From: an uncultured Gemmatimonadales bacterium
Lineage (GTDB): Bacteria; Gemmatimonadota; Gemmatimonadetes; Gemmatimonadales; GWC2-71-9
Length of the DNA stretch: 64,000 nucleotides
Assembly (NCBI GenBank): GCA_963825055.1
Contig: CAWGSK010000012.1
Coordinates: 623,056-687,055, forward strand
Direction: 5' to 3'
A program made the position numbers and the translations under genes. The notes under the pieces were generated by a model. The model did not search any database and was not told the origin of the DNA. It was given only the letters and a program-made list of their open reading frames with translations. Shown here piece by piece: positions 53,642 to 63,984 of this stretch (position 1 is its first letter; each line of letters begins with the position of its first letter).

Positions 53642-53681
53642 ATTATTAGATGGACGTATAATAAGCTATACATCTAATAAT
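53642..53681. promoter_or_regulatory. Candidate SdpR operator / promoter
   Basis: Perfect inverted repeat ATTATTAGATG-N18-CATCTAATAAT just upstream of the regulator. Confidence 0.7.
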
Positions 53682-53892
53682 ACAATAGTCGAATTACTAG
53701 ACAGGGGGGAGGGAGGCGACAGGCGGACGGGTAACTTCAGTTGGTTCGTTAGTCGTTAAATCGTTAATCGCATGGGGCGGCGGGGTTTACAGCCGTTGGT
53801 CGTTAATCCTTAATGGTAAGGGCGGCCGGCCGCCGGCTCGTGCGATCGAAGGTGGCTGGGGTCGTGACTCCTCGACCCCGCGCCCCGTCCAC

Positions 53893-54795
53893 TCAGTCCT
53901 GCTCCGAAGCTGAAGGATCAAAGAACCCCTTCGGCGTCTCGCCTTTCAGGAACGGCTCGATGAAGCCGAGCAGCAGGTCGACCTGCGTGATGATGGCGGT
54001 GTGTGACGTCGCCGGCAGCACGGCCAGGCGCGAGGCTGCCAGCGGTTTCCCCATATCTCCCATCACGCCGCCGCCGAGCAACCGGAACAGGGCCACCGAG
54101 TGCTCGAGTGTCGTCACGTCAGCATCGCCGGTGATGATCAGCACGGGAATCGATATCGCCTTCACCTCCTGCTCCCAGGCCATCGGTTCCTTCTCGAGCT
54201 GGATCATTTTCCTGGCCAGTTCGGGAAAACCGTCCGGATTCGGCGCGAGCTTGCGGTACTCCTCGGCGAACGGCAGCCCGACCATCATTTCCACCGTCAT
54301 CTGGGGGATCACGGCGGTGTACGCCGGCTGCCAGCCGTTCAGGTCGTAGGCCGGGGAACCAGCGACCAGCCTGCTGACTTTGGCCGGGTGCCGGATGACC
54401 AGCTGCAGCCCGACCTCGGCGCCTACGGAATAGCCGAACACATCGGCCTTCTCCAGGCCGACGGAGTCCATCAAGGCCGACACGTCGTCTGCCAGGTTCT
54501 GATAGGTAATGGGCCGGTCGATATCCGTGGTCCGGCCATGACCCTGGAACTCGAGCGCGTAGACCGTGTGGGTCCGGGCGAGTGCCGGAATGATCTCGCC
54601 CATGGCGGGGATGTTCATATAGGCGCCGTGCAGCACAATCAGCGGATCGCCGGAGCCGGACACCTCGTAGTACATCTTCATCCCGTTCACATCGGCATAC
54701 CTGCCCGGGCTCTGGGCGGCGGCGCTCCCCGGGACGGCCACGGCGGCCAGCAGAACGGCAGCGAGAGCGTGGATGGATGCTGTTTTCATGGTCAT
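53893..54795 (-). CDS. Exported alpha/beta fold hydrolase
   Basis: VLHGA, QGHGRT, GYSVGA, GDAD, ATSH; signal peptide. Confidence 0.88.
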   Translation of the reverse strand: MTMKTASIHALAAVLLAAVAVPGSAAAQSPGRYADVNGMKMYYEVSGSGDPLIVLHGAYMNIPAMGEIIPALARTHTVYALEFQGHGRTTDIDRPITYQNLADDVSALMDSVGLEKADVFGYSVGAEVGLQLVIRHPAKVSRLVAGSPAYDLNGWQPAYTAVIPQMTVEMMVGLPFAEEYRKLAPNPDGFPELARKMIQLEKEPMAWEQEVKAISIPVLIITGDADVTTLEHSVALFRLLGGGVMGDMGKPLAASRLAVLPATSHTAIITQVDLLLGFIEPFLKGETPKGFFDPSASEQD

Positions 54796-54904
54796 TCTCC
54801 GCGCACTGGTGGGTGAACCGCCTCGAGACTATGGCCCCTGGGCTCCTGCTTCTACCACGGCGACGAACGGCGCGACCCGGAATCGACGTCAGCAGGCCTC
54901 CGTC

Positions 54905-54962
54905 TCTCGACCCCTCGACCTCTCGACCTCTCGACTCCCTACTCCCTACTGCCTACTCCCTC
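54905..54962. repeat. (CTCGACCY)n octamer then (CTACTCC)n heptamer arrays
   Basis: Overlaps the esterase stop codon. Confidence 0.85.
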
Positions 54963-55777
54963 CTCCACCCGAAGAAGGTCGCAATCACCTCCCCCGTATC
55001 CACCTCCCGCGACATCGGCCACCCGTGCCCCACGCCTTCCGCTCCCAGCAGCACCACCCGGGTCCCTCCCCTGCACTGCTCCGTCCAGCGCCAGCGGAAC
55101 CGGTCATCCGTCGGGAATGACGGCGGCGGTTTCTTCGACTCTTTCCCGGTGCAGCCGTTCAACCGGCTCCAGGCCTCGAACGTCCGTTCTCCGCCCAGGA
55201 CCGACAGCGCTCCCCTGCCCGACCCGTTCCAGCCGAACACATGGTCATCCATGCCGAGCATCACGAGCATGGACACCGGACGGGACGGCGTACATCGCTC
55301 GCTCAGGGGTTTGGACATCGGCCCCGCGACTGCGGCAACGGCGGTGACAAGGTCCGCCATCTGGCAGGCGACGCGGTGGGCGAAGAGCCCGCCTTGGGAG
55401 AAGCCGATGGCGTAGACCGGCACCTCCGCCAGACCTTCCATCCTCCGGAGGTCGGTCACGATCTGGCGGACGAACCCGGTGTCGTTCACCCCCAGGCGGT
55501 CGGCGTTGTTGCACCGGCAGTCCTCGGCCCAGTTGCCGAGGGGCGCGTCAGCCCAGGCCACCACCCAGCCGTGCTGGTCGGCCTGGGTGTTGAACCGGGT
55601 GCCGTCCCGGAAGCCCTTGGCCGTACCGCCGGCGCCGTGGAAGGCCAGGACGATGCCAGCCAACGGACGGTCAGGTGCGTGGGCGGGAACGTGGAGTTCG
55701 TACGTTCGGACGGTGTCGCCCACCTGGAGGTGGACGGTGGAGTCCTGGAGGGCGGCGAGAAGCAGCAGGGGGATCAA
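54953..55777 (-). CDS. PHB-depolymerase/LpqC-like esterase
   Basis: LAFHGAGG, GFSQGG nucleophile elbow, GHGWP. Confidence 0.85.
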   Translation of the reverse strand: MIPLLLLAALQDSTVHLQVGDTVRTYELHVPAHAPDRPLAGIVLAFHGAGGTAKGFRDGTRFNTQADQHGWVVAWADAPLGNWAEDCRCNNADRLGVNDTGFVRQIVTDLRRMEGLAEVPVYAIGFSQGGLFAHRVACQMADLVTAVAAVAGPMSKPLSERCTPSRPVSMLVMLGMDDHVFGWNGSGRGALSVLGGERTFEAWSRLNGCTGKESKKPPPSFPTDDRFRWRWTEQCRGGTRVVLLGAEGVGHGWPMSREVDTGEVIATFFGWRRE

Positions 55778-55783
55778 GGGCAG

Positions 55784-57079
55784 CTACCTCCGTCCGTCAG
55801 CGGGAAGCGCGGACCTAACGCGCATAAGGGCCTCGTGGAACCTTGGATCATCCTGCAGTCGCTCATCATCCTCAAGCCACTCCCTCTCCACCCTCGCCCC
55901 GGCGCCAGCCAGCGCCAGCAGTACCCGCTTGTACGCCTCCGCATCCGGCCGGCTCTCCCTGAGCCAGGCATGCAGCGCCCAGACCACCGGCGGCGTCCCG
56001 AACTCCCGGTCCGCGACGTCCAGCGGCGCTCCGTGCCGGATCAGCAGTTCCACCAGTTCCACATTCCCCTCATACGCCGCCACATGCAGCGCCGTCCGGC
56101 CGTCAGCCGACGTCGTGGCCCCGGGATCCACCCCGAGTTCCAGCAGCAGCTCGATGGCCTCCCGCTTGCCGTACCAGGCGGCCATGACCATGGCCGAGGC
56201 CCGGTCAGGCTCTGAAACAGGCTCCGGCCCCTCGAAGGCCTGCCGGATGACATCCAGCCGGCCGATGCCGGCGGAATCGACGAAGCCGGCCGGGGCGCCG
56301 AGGTCCGCCAGATGGGCGGCGGCCTCGGGACAACCGTTCACGAGGCAGTAGTGGACGATCCCGGGGTCCATCCGCGCCCCGCGCTCGAGCAGGAGGTCGG
56401 CCAGGTCGTTCTGGACCCCGGCCAGCCTCGGATGGGCGCTGGTGACGGTCAGGGCGAACGCCGTCGCCCCTCCGCCATAGACATCGGCCTCGGCGTCCAC
56501 CGCCGCCCCTGCCTCCAGGAGAAGCCGGGTGACTTCAAGGATGTTCTTCGGGGTTTTCTGGCGGTAGTTCTCGACGCCATTCGCCGAGACGTAGTGGAGG
56601 AGGGTGGCCCGGTGCTCGCGGTCCGAGCGGGCATGGATCAGCGCCGGATCGGCCCGGAGCAGGCGTTCCAGGGTGGGGAGGTCACCGTTCACAATGGCGT
56701 CGGCGGCCTGCTCGAAAGTGGAGATGCCGGAGGAGGAGCGGGCGAGTTCCTCCAAGTGGTGCTTGAGACGGGGCCAGCTCTCGAACCCGTGGGCCCGAGC
56801 AATCACGAATTGAGCCTGCGTGACCTTGCCGCCCCCCTTCCCCATCCGCTCCCTGGCGAACATGGCGACCTGGTGGGCCCGGCGGTCCAGTTCCCGCTGG
56901 TCCATCCGGACGGCGCTGGGGCTCAGCCGGTCAAGGGTCTTGATCCACTCTCGGGCCCAGGCGAGCAGTGCCTCATCGCCGGCCTTGCCGGCGGCGGTGA
57001 GTTCCTTCGCGCGCTTTCTGTACTGGTCGAAATCGGGGTGCGTCGGGAGAGGAAGGACGTCCTGAGGATTGGGATACAC
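55784..57079 (-). CDS. Ankyrin-repeat protein with N-terminal helical domain
   Basis: LPTHPDFDQYRKRAKEL, AQFVIARAHGFESWPRL, GRTALHVAAYEGNVELVELLIRHGA; AAAGGAG RBS. Confidence 0.88.
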   Translation of the reverse strand: MYPNPQDVLPLPTHPDFDQYRKRAKELTAAGKAGDEALLAWAREWIKTLDRLSPSAVRMDQRELDRRAHQVAMFARERMGKGGGKVTQAQFVIARAHGFESWPRLKHHLEELARSSSGISTFEQAADAIVNGDLPTLERLLRADPALIHARSDREHRATLLHYVSANGVENYRQKTPKNILEVTRLLLEAGAAVDAEADVYGGGATAFALTVTSAHPRLAGVQNDLADLLLERGARMDPGIVHYCLVNGCPEAAAHLADLGAPAGFVDSAGIGRLDVIRQAFEGPEPVSEPDRASAMVMAAWYGKREAIELLLELGVDPGATTSADGRTALHVAAYEGNVELVELLIRHGAPLDVADREFGTPPVVWALHAWLRESRPDAEAYKRVLLALAGAGARVEREWLEDDERLQDDPRFHEALMRVRSALPADGRR

Positions 57080-57095
57080 ACGAATCTCCTTTCAA

Positions 57096-57193
57096 GACGC
57101 CTGGAGTCCGCACCGATCAGGCTGAAAGAAGGTTCGTCCGGATTGTGGTCCTGCTGTGGGTGGGCACGGCCCTTTTCGCGGACTGAATGCGCC
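57096..57193 (-). ncRNA. Candidate structured 5' leader RNA of the ankyrin gene
   Basis: Nested helices GGCGC/GCGTC, AGTCCGC/GCGGACT, GAAAAGG/CCTTCTTTC, GGGC/GCCC ending just before the RBS. Confidence 0.4.
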
Positions 57194-57238
57194 CCTGTGC
57201 GCAGGGGGGAGGATAGTGCGGGGCGCTGGATGCGGCAA

Positions 57239-57278
57239 GGGAGTGGGGAGTAGGGAGTAGGGAGTGGGGAGTGGGGAG
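57239..57278. repeat. Heptamer array (GGGAGTR)n, left arm flanking the four-helix-bundle gene
   Basis: About 5.5 copies; complementary arm at 57738-57783. Confidence 0.9.
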
Positions 57279-57355
57279 CGGTACGGAGGTTGTTCCGGGG
57301 AGGGCCGCACTTTTCTGGTGACGCTGCGGCGCTGTGCTCCACCGCAGTTTGCAGG

Positions 57356-57727
57356 ATGGATTCGGTGGGGAGTTATCGTGACCTGCAGGTCTGGCTGCTC
57401 GGAATGGACCTGGCCCGCCGGATATGGATCACGACCCGGACCTTCCCTGCGGAAGAACGCTACGTCCTCAGCCAGCAGTTGAGGCGGGCGGCACTGTCGG
57501 TGCCGGCTAACGTGGCGGAAGGCTATGCGAGATGGTCTACCGGCGACTATCTCCGTTTTCTGGCGATCGCCAAGGGGTCGCTAAAGGAGACAGAGACCCT
57601 GCTCCTTCATGCGCAGGCCGTGGGGCTTCTGACTGAGTTCTCCGTTACCCCGCTGCTCCAACTGACTGACCAGCTGGGGCGTGTTTTCGTCGCCCTTCGG
57701 AGGTCCCTCCAGGCGCGCCGCAAATGA
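57356..57727 (+). CDS. Four-helix-bundle protein (23S rRNA IVS protein / bAvd-like family)
   Basis: SYRDLQVW, FPAEERYVLSQQLRRAALSVPANVAEG, FLAIAKGSLKETET. Confidence 0.93.
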   Translation: MDSVGSYRDLQVWLLGMDLARRIWITTRTFPAEERYVLSQQLRRAALSVPANVAEGYARWSTGDYLRFLAIAKGSLKETETLLLHAQAVGLLTEFSVTPLLQLTDQLGRVFVALRRSLQARRK

Positions 57728-57737
57728 GACTCTATAC

Positions 57738-58971
<1,234 letters not shown>

Positions 58972-58972
<1 letters not shown>

Positions 58973-59082
58973 TATCCCAATCTCTCCTTCAACACCGGCT
59001 GCACCCCCTTCGGATCAGCCTGCCCCTTGCTCCGCTTCATCACCTGCCCCACGAAGAACCCCATCAGCTTCACCTCGCCACC
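58972..59082 (-). pseudogene. gatB: Orphan 3' end of Asp/Glu-tRNA amidotransferase subunit B
   Basis: Manual translation [36 protein letters not shown], matching the GatB/YqeY C-terminal signature; no gatB body upstream in the window. Confidence 0.85.
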
Positions 59083-59447
59083 GGCCACCCGTCCTTGTCG
59101 AGCACCACGTGAACCCTGAGATCCGCACCGCTCGGGTGTCCGAAGAGGATCTCCACCTGCATGGGGTGCAGGGCATCAAGCGCGGTGAGCAACTCGGTGG
59201 CCGCAGGATCCGGCTGGTACGTCCGATCGATGACCAGCGGACCGCGCAGTGTCAGCGTGACCGGCGGGTCGGGAATCTGGAGTTCCATCGGGATCCGGCC
59301 GGCGTCCAGCAGGGTGAGCAGGAGGTAGGTAAGCTGGCGTTCGCCCAGCAGGATTTCCACATCAAAACCGGACTGGACCAGCGTCTGGTCGAGCATCGCG
59401 ACGACCTCCTCCGAGAACGGGACGGGAAGGTACTCATGGCCTTCCAT
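59070..59447 (-). CDS. Hypothetical protein
   Basis: 125 aa ORF with protein-like composition; no recognisable motif. Confidence 0.5.
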   Translation of the reverse strand: MEGHEYLPVPFSEEVVAMLDQTLVQSGFDVEILLGERQLTYLLLTLLDAGRIPMELQIPDPPVTLTLRGPLVIDRTYQPDPAATELLTALDALHPMQVEILFGHPSGADLRVHVVLDKDGWPVAR

Positions 59448-59620
59448 GCCGGCCGTGCGAATTGGGAGCCGCGGCCATAACCATGAGACCGTTCACAATG
59501 CGATGGCAGGTGGAAACCGTCTAGTCTCCCCACCCTCAACCTCCCGGCGATCCCGCGGGCGGCCATCAGGTGTCGGACCAAGGCCGAGATTAGTTCGTGA
59601 CATCCTCACTCGACCGGTAC

Positions 59621-59672
59621 TTGACGGGTCCTGCCCGGGCCTTATCGTACTGAATTGGTACCATCATGGTAC
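59621..59672 (+). promoter_or_regulatory. Possible sigma70 promoter and palindrome upstream of the island operon
   Basis: TTGACG-N16-TATCGT; GTACCA-N3-TGGTAC at 59658-59672. Confidence 0.35.
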
Positions 59673-59723
59673 TACCCACATTCTGGTGTCCCAGCTCACC
59701 GGCTCCGAATCGAGTGAAGGCAT

Positions 59724-60851
59724 ATGGGCATCGCGACCAGGGAGTTTGAGGGCTCCGTTTCAGAAACCTTGGCTGTGGCCGACAGCGGCAACCATATGGC
59801 TTCGCCCGTCTTATCCCGAGTCGATCATAGGCGATACCGCCAGGCCGTCCTGGCGACCGGCGAATATCTCCTCAGCCAAGTGTCACAGGGTGCGTGGAGC
59901 GACTTCCTGACGAATGCGGGCGAAAGTGCGGAGTGGTGCAGCGCTTTCGTCGCCTTCCAGCTGATCAAGAGCGGCCTGCCACCTTCTCGCCTCTCCAACA
60001 TCGGTGCCACTTTGCTGCGACGGCAACGCGTCGGGGGCGGCTGGGGATACAATTCAACAGTACCTGCCGACTCCGACTCCACGGCGTGGAGCATTCGCGC
60101 TCTATCCGCCATAGCGCCCGTGGAGAGCCGCGCCGCACAGGTCGCCGCGATCTCGCATCTTCGCAACTTCATTCGACGGAATGGCTTTACAACGTTCGCG
60201 GCGCCAGCCGATGTGCGGTCCTACCTTGGGTTGGGTGATGATGCGGACGTCGCTGGATGGTGCGGCATCGCACACTCATGTGTCACGGCATCGGTTGCAC
60301 TTGCCTTGGGGAGATGTGGCCCCTGTGAGGTGCCGGGAAGTGACTCGCTGTTGCATACCGCACTCGATGGATTGCGCGCGACGCAGCATGCGAGCGGATG
60401 CTGGAACGGTTACTGGTGGAGAACACCCATGTATGCGACCACCATGGCAGTTGAAGCCTTGACCCGTTCCGGCCTAGAGTCCGACCTACCGCGTATCCGT
60501 GCAGGACTGGCATGGGTAGCACGGGAGCAACAGAGGGACGGATCGTGGGATAGTGGCGATGGCGAAGGGGGCGCCTTTGTAACGGGGCTCGCGACGCAAT
60601 GCCTGGCGTCACAGTTGGCCTACCACCACTCTGCCGAACGAGGCGCACGCTGGCTGCTCAGAGCACTTGGGAGCGGCGCATCATGGAAGCCCTGTCCCAT
60701 TCTCCAGATCGCCGCACCATGGGTCAAGGATCCGCGATCCACGCCACGCTGGACACGGGGTGGACTGGGCGTGTCGGTCTGCATCTCCGATCAGCATCGG
60801 CTTTTTACCACCGCGGTGTGCCGCGCTGCGCTAGCGGCAATGATATCGTAG
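59724..60851 (+). CDS. Squalene-hopene-cyclase/prenyltransferase-repeat protein; monodomain class II terpene cyclase-like
   Basis: QW-type repeats (RRQRVGGGWG, ATQHASGCW, EQQRDGSW) and DSDSTAW at the DxDDTA position; 375 aa. Confidence 0.75.
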   Translation: MGIATREFEGSVSETLAVADSGNHMASPVLSRVDHRRYRQAVLATGEYLLSQVSQGAWSDFLTNAGESAEWCSAFVAFQLIKSGLPPSRLSNIGATLLRRQRVGGGWGYNSTVPADSDSTAWSIRALSAIAPVESRAAQVAAISHLRNFIRRNGFTTFAAPADVRSYLGLGDDADVAGWCGIAHSCVTASVALALGRCGPCEVPGSDSLLHTALDGLRATQHASGCWNGYWWRTPMYATTMAVEALTRSGLESDLPRIRAGLAWVAREQQRDGSWDSGDGEGGAFVTGLATQCLASQLAYHHSAERGARWLLRALGSGASWKPCPILQIAAPWVKDPRSTPRWTRGGLGVSVCISDQHRLFTTAVCRAALAAMIS

Positions 60852-60884
60852 GACGAACGACTCACAACAATTCGAGGAGGCTTT

Positions 60885-61379
60885 ATGGCACCCGGCGATG
60901 AGGCAACCGCAGGCCAAGCCCACGGCGGATCACGACGGATGGTTCTCACGGGACGACTCGCAAAGCGTGAGAACGGCGTATGTCAGATTGAACTTGTCGA
61001 GGGACTGACGGTGGATATTCCTGAGGAAGACTGTTCTCACATTGAGGAAAAGACTGATCCTACAACCCTCCGGTCAGTGGTCATGGTGGAACTCCGAGAG
61101 GATAAACCGATTACTGCCACCTTTCAACCCCATCTCTATCGCGTGCTTTCCCAGGCCGGCTCGATGCCGTTCGCCTTCGGAGGCCAAGCCCAGGTTCCTC
61201 CGGAGGCCTTTGCGGTTCCAAGCATCATGGCGCGACCAGTTGGAGGCGGCTTGGGTGGTGGATTCGGAGGCTTTCAAGACAGCATCGGGGAGACCCAGAG
61301 TCGCTCGCAGTACTGGACTGGTGGCTGGGGGAACGATGATACCCAGATCGACCACACGGATGACTCCGTGCGCTTCTAG
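60885..61379 (+). CDS. Putative RiPP precursor 1 (long leader + D/T/S/W-rich core)
   Basis: GAGGAGG RBS; paralog of the next ORF; tail GGFQDSIGETQSRSQYWTGGWGNDDTQIDHTDDSVRF. Confidence 0.6.
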   Translation: MAPGDEATAGQAHGGSRRMVLTGRLAKRENGVCQIELVEGLTVDIPEEDCSHIEEKTDPTTLRSVVMVELREDKPITATFQPHLYRVLSQAGSMPFAFGGQAQVPPEAFAVPSIMARPVGGGLGGGFGGFQDSIGETQSRSQYWTGGWGNDDTQIDHTDDSVRF

Positions 61380-61411
61380 CCCGGTCACCGTTGCTCGGGA
61401 GGAGTTGGGCC

Positions 61412-61897
61412 ATGTCAAAGGATCGATCTCAAGCAAGTGAGCCAGCCTCAGAATCCCGCACCACGGTCCTTGCGGGGCGGCTGGTAGGGCGGGATGCGGC
61501 AACTGTAAGGATCGAACTCGTCGATGGCCTGCAAGTTATTGTGCACACGGACGACTGCCTGGCCATCCAGGAACGGACCGATCCGAAGACGGCAAGGCCC
61601 GTGGTGGTCCTGGTTTTGAAGGGGACCCGACCGGTGCGCGCGACGTTTCAGCCCCATCTGTACCGGGCTCTCGCCAAAACGGCGACGGCCCCATTCGTAT
61701 TTGGCGGACCAGGCCGCCTACCACCCGAGGCGTTTGTAAACGCGCTGACTACAATGGCTGCACGCCCGATTGGTGGCGCAGGATGGGTCGGCGGGCACGA
61801 TACCGTTGTCAGGACCACTACCTGGTACGGTGCCGTCCAGAATGACGGAATCAAGTCTGATGATCCTCGTGAACCCGACACCATTGATATCCCGTGA
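61412..61897 (+). CDS. Putative RiPP precursor 2
   Basis: GGAGGAG RBS before ATG 61412; shares IELV.GL, TDP.T.R.VV, ATFQPHLYR.L, PF.FGG, PPEAF, ARP.GG with precursor 1. Confidence 0.6.
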   Translation: MSKDRSQASEPASESRTTVLAGRLVGRDAATVRIELVDGLQVIVHTDDCLAIQERTDPKTARPVVVLVLKGTRPVRATFQPHLYRALAKTATAPFVFGGPGRLPPEAFVNALTTMAARPIGGAGWVGGHDTVVRTTTWYGAVQNDGIKSDDPREPDTIDIP

Positions 61898-63065
61898 TTG
61901 GTCCACAGGTTCTGATCGTCGCCAATCGCGATGACCTCCATGCGTGGGCGCTTCTTCGTGCCCTCAAGACCTCGCCAGGGGGGGCCGGCGACGGATTGAT
62001 CTTCGACATCGCCACCTTCCCGATGGCGAGTGGAATATCGCTTGGCAGCAATCGGTCAGACTCGTTGGATGTCTACCCGCCGCTCCCTGACGTGTTTGGT
62101 AATGGCACCCGAGATGTCCTTCGCGGCGCCACACCCGCCGCACGGACAAATCTGCCAATTGAGGCCATCCGCGCCGTTCTCTGGCGGCGCCCTCGAAGTC
62201 CGCTGGTCGACGACGTGCTGGAGCACCCCGATCTCCGGCGCTACGCTCTCAAGAGCAGTTGGCACGTGCTGTCGGGGTGGGTTGAGTATCTCGCTTCTTC
62301 GAGGTTGGTCATTGACCCTCCCGGTCTATCGTCACGGGCCGGACTCAAATGCCTCCACTCGGGCTCGCCACTGGAGCCGGCTTGAGGGTGCCACAGACTC
62401 TCGTTACCAACAATCCGGAGCACGCCCGAGCTTTCATCGCGGAGCTCGAACAATCGGGATATCAGGTTGTATCCAAGTCTCCCGCTGATCTGCGGGCATT
62501 TCCGGCGCAGACTGAAGTTGTGTCTCACGAGCACGTGGAGCATCTCGACAGAGTCCGCCTCTCCCCAACCGTCTTTCAAGAACGTATCAAGGGCGGCCCA
62601 GAGTTGCGTATCACCGTGGTGGGTCAGCGCCTCTTTGGTATGGCACAATTTGCCAGTGCGGGTTTTGATCGTGCAGATGGCCGCCTTGACCCGGAGGCTC
62701 ACCGCGAGGAATATCAAGTGCCTGACGCCTTAAGGGTGGCCATCCTGACTATGCAGCAGAAAATGGGGTTGCGGTACGGGGCGTATGATTTCAAATGCGG
62801 CCCAGACGGGACACCGTATTTCCTTGAGGTGAATCCAGTGGGTCAGTGGCTTTTTGCCGAAGCGGCGGCAGGGCTTCCAATCACCGAAGCGCTCGCTCGG
62901 ATGCTCTGGCTTGGGCCGGGTGCGGAATGGGGAACGCACGGAGACCCGATTACGCGAGAGGAGTTCCCGACACTCTTCCCATTTTCGTTTGAGGAGGAGT
63001 ATGCTGCCCTGTTGCAAGAAGCGGACAAGTCGCAATTATCCGTTGCAACCCCACCCGAAGACACC
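61894..63065 (+). CDS. MvdC/MvdD-type ATP-grasp ligase (graspetide synthetase), 1-nt frameshift near 62357; frame stays open to 63293
   Basis: VLIVANRDDLHA, DIATFP, VLWRRP | GLRVPQTLVTNNP, FQERI, ELRITVVG, GLRYGAYDF, YFLEVNPVGQWLF. Confidence 0.85.
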
Positions 63066-63984
63066 ATGACGGACAATGCCGCACCGGAGAGCCTCACCCG
63101 TCGCGCCGCAAGAATCTTGCTGCAGAACCAGCTTAAGGACGGAACGTCGCCTGGGCTTGCTAGCCAGTTGGAGGGCGTGCTTTCCCTGATCAATCCAGCG
63201 CTCTATGAGGGTGCTACGGCGGCTCCATCCGGCCAGCCACGGCTGAACGCCCAGCTTTCAGTGGACACGGCACGACCAAATCTGTCCGGTTGACAATCGA
63301 CCCCCTGTGTGGCGCCCACTTGGGGACCGTATCCGGGCAGGAGCTCATCCGGGCGATCGCACCACTGCAGTGCCCACCGCTATCGGAAAAGGTCCTCGGA
63401 CTCTATCGACTCGGCTACGCGCTGCCCCAGTCGTTGTGGCTCGGTCTTGTACCGAACATCGCGGTGCCGATCGCAAAGGCATATGTGGCAAGCCCGCTCC
63501 CTACGCTACGGTCCTGGCTTCCACATCTCGTTCGGGATGCCGGATGGCTCCCCACCAGGGTCGATGCCAGATTCACGGCTATATACGACCGCATAGTCCC
63601 GTACTTTGCATCGATAGAGGGCTTCGGGATCAGTTTCGTGGCCACGATCATGACGGAGTTACATATTATACACGTGGTGTGCTACCCTGGGCGATGTGCG
63701 CCAGTCGGGATTTCGCCGCGTATCTCCAGGTGAAAGCCATGTCAGCGTTTGATGTTCTGGCGCATTGGCCTTCCCCTTCCGCGTTCGGCTATTCAATCGA
63801 AGCGGATTCACAGGGCAACCTAGTGGATTGGAAGTTCGAATTTGCTCCCCGGCCCGACTGCACTCTCGAATCCGTCACCTCGCTTGCGGACGTGTTGAAA
63901 TTCGACGCCACACCTATCCTGCACCTGGCCCGTGACATCAGGGCAGCTGGGATGTGGGAGGCAAGGCCCCCCCCCCCGCGGTGA
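63066..63984 (+). CDS. Probable ABBA-fold (DMATS-like) prenyltransferase, broken by apparent frameshifts near 63287 and 63635; may continue past the window
   Basis: Stitched frames give QLSV..RLTIDP, LWLGLV..AKAYV, GFGISF..VTYYTR, FGYSIE..WKFEF: repeated helix-helix-strand-strand pattern with R/K-x-Y-type motifs. Confidence 0.4.

Noticed and set aside
57356..57727. Diversity-generating retroelement (Avd-like gene)
   Set aside because: No reverse transcriptase and no adenine-mismatched TR/VR pair seen in the window
59724..60851. Hopanoid squalene-hopene cyclase or lanthipeptide cyclase LanC
   Set aside because: Too short for two-domain SHC, lacks DxDD and hpn neighbours; no LanC WCxG / CHG zinc motifs
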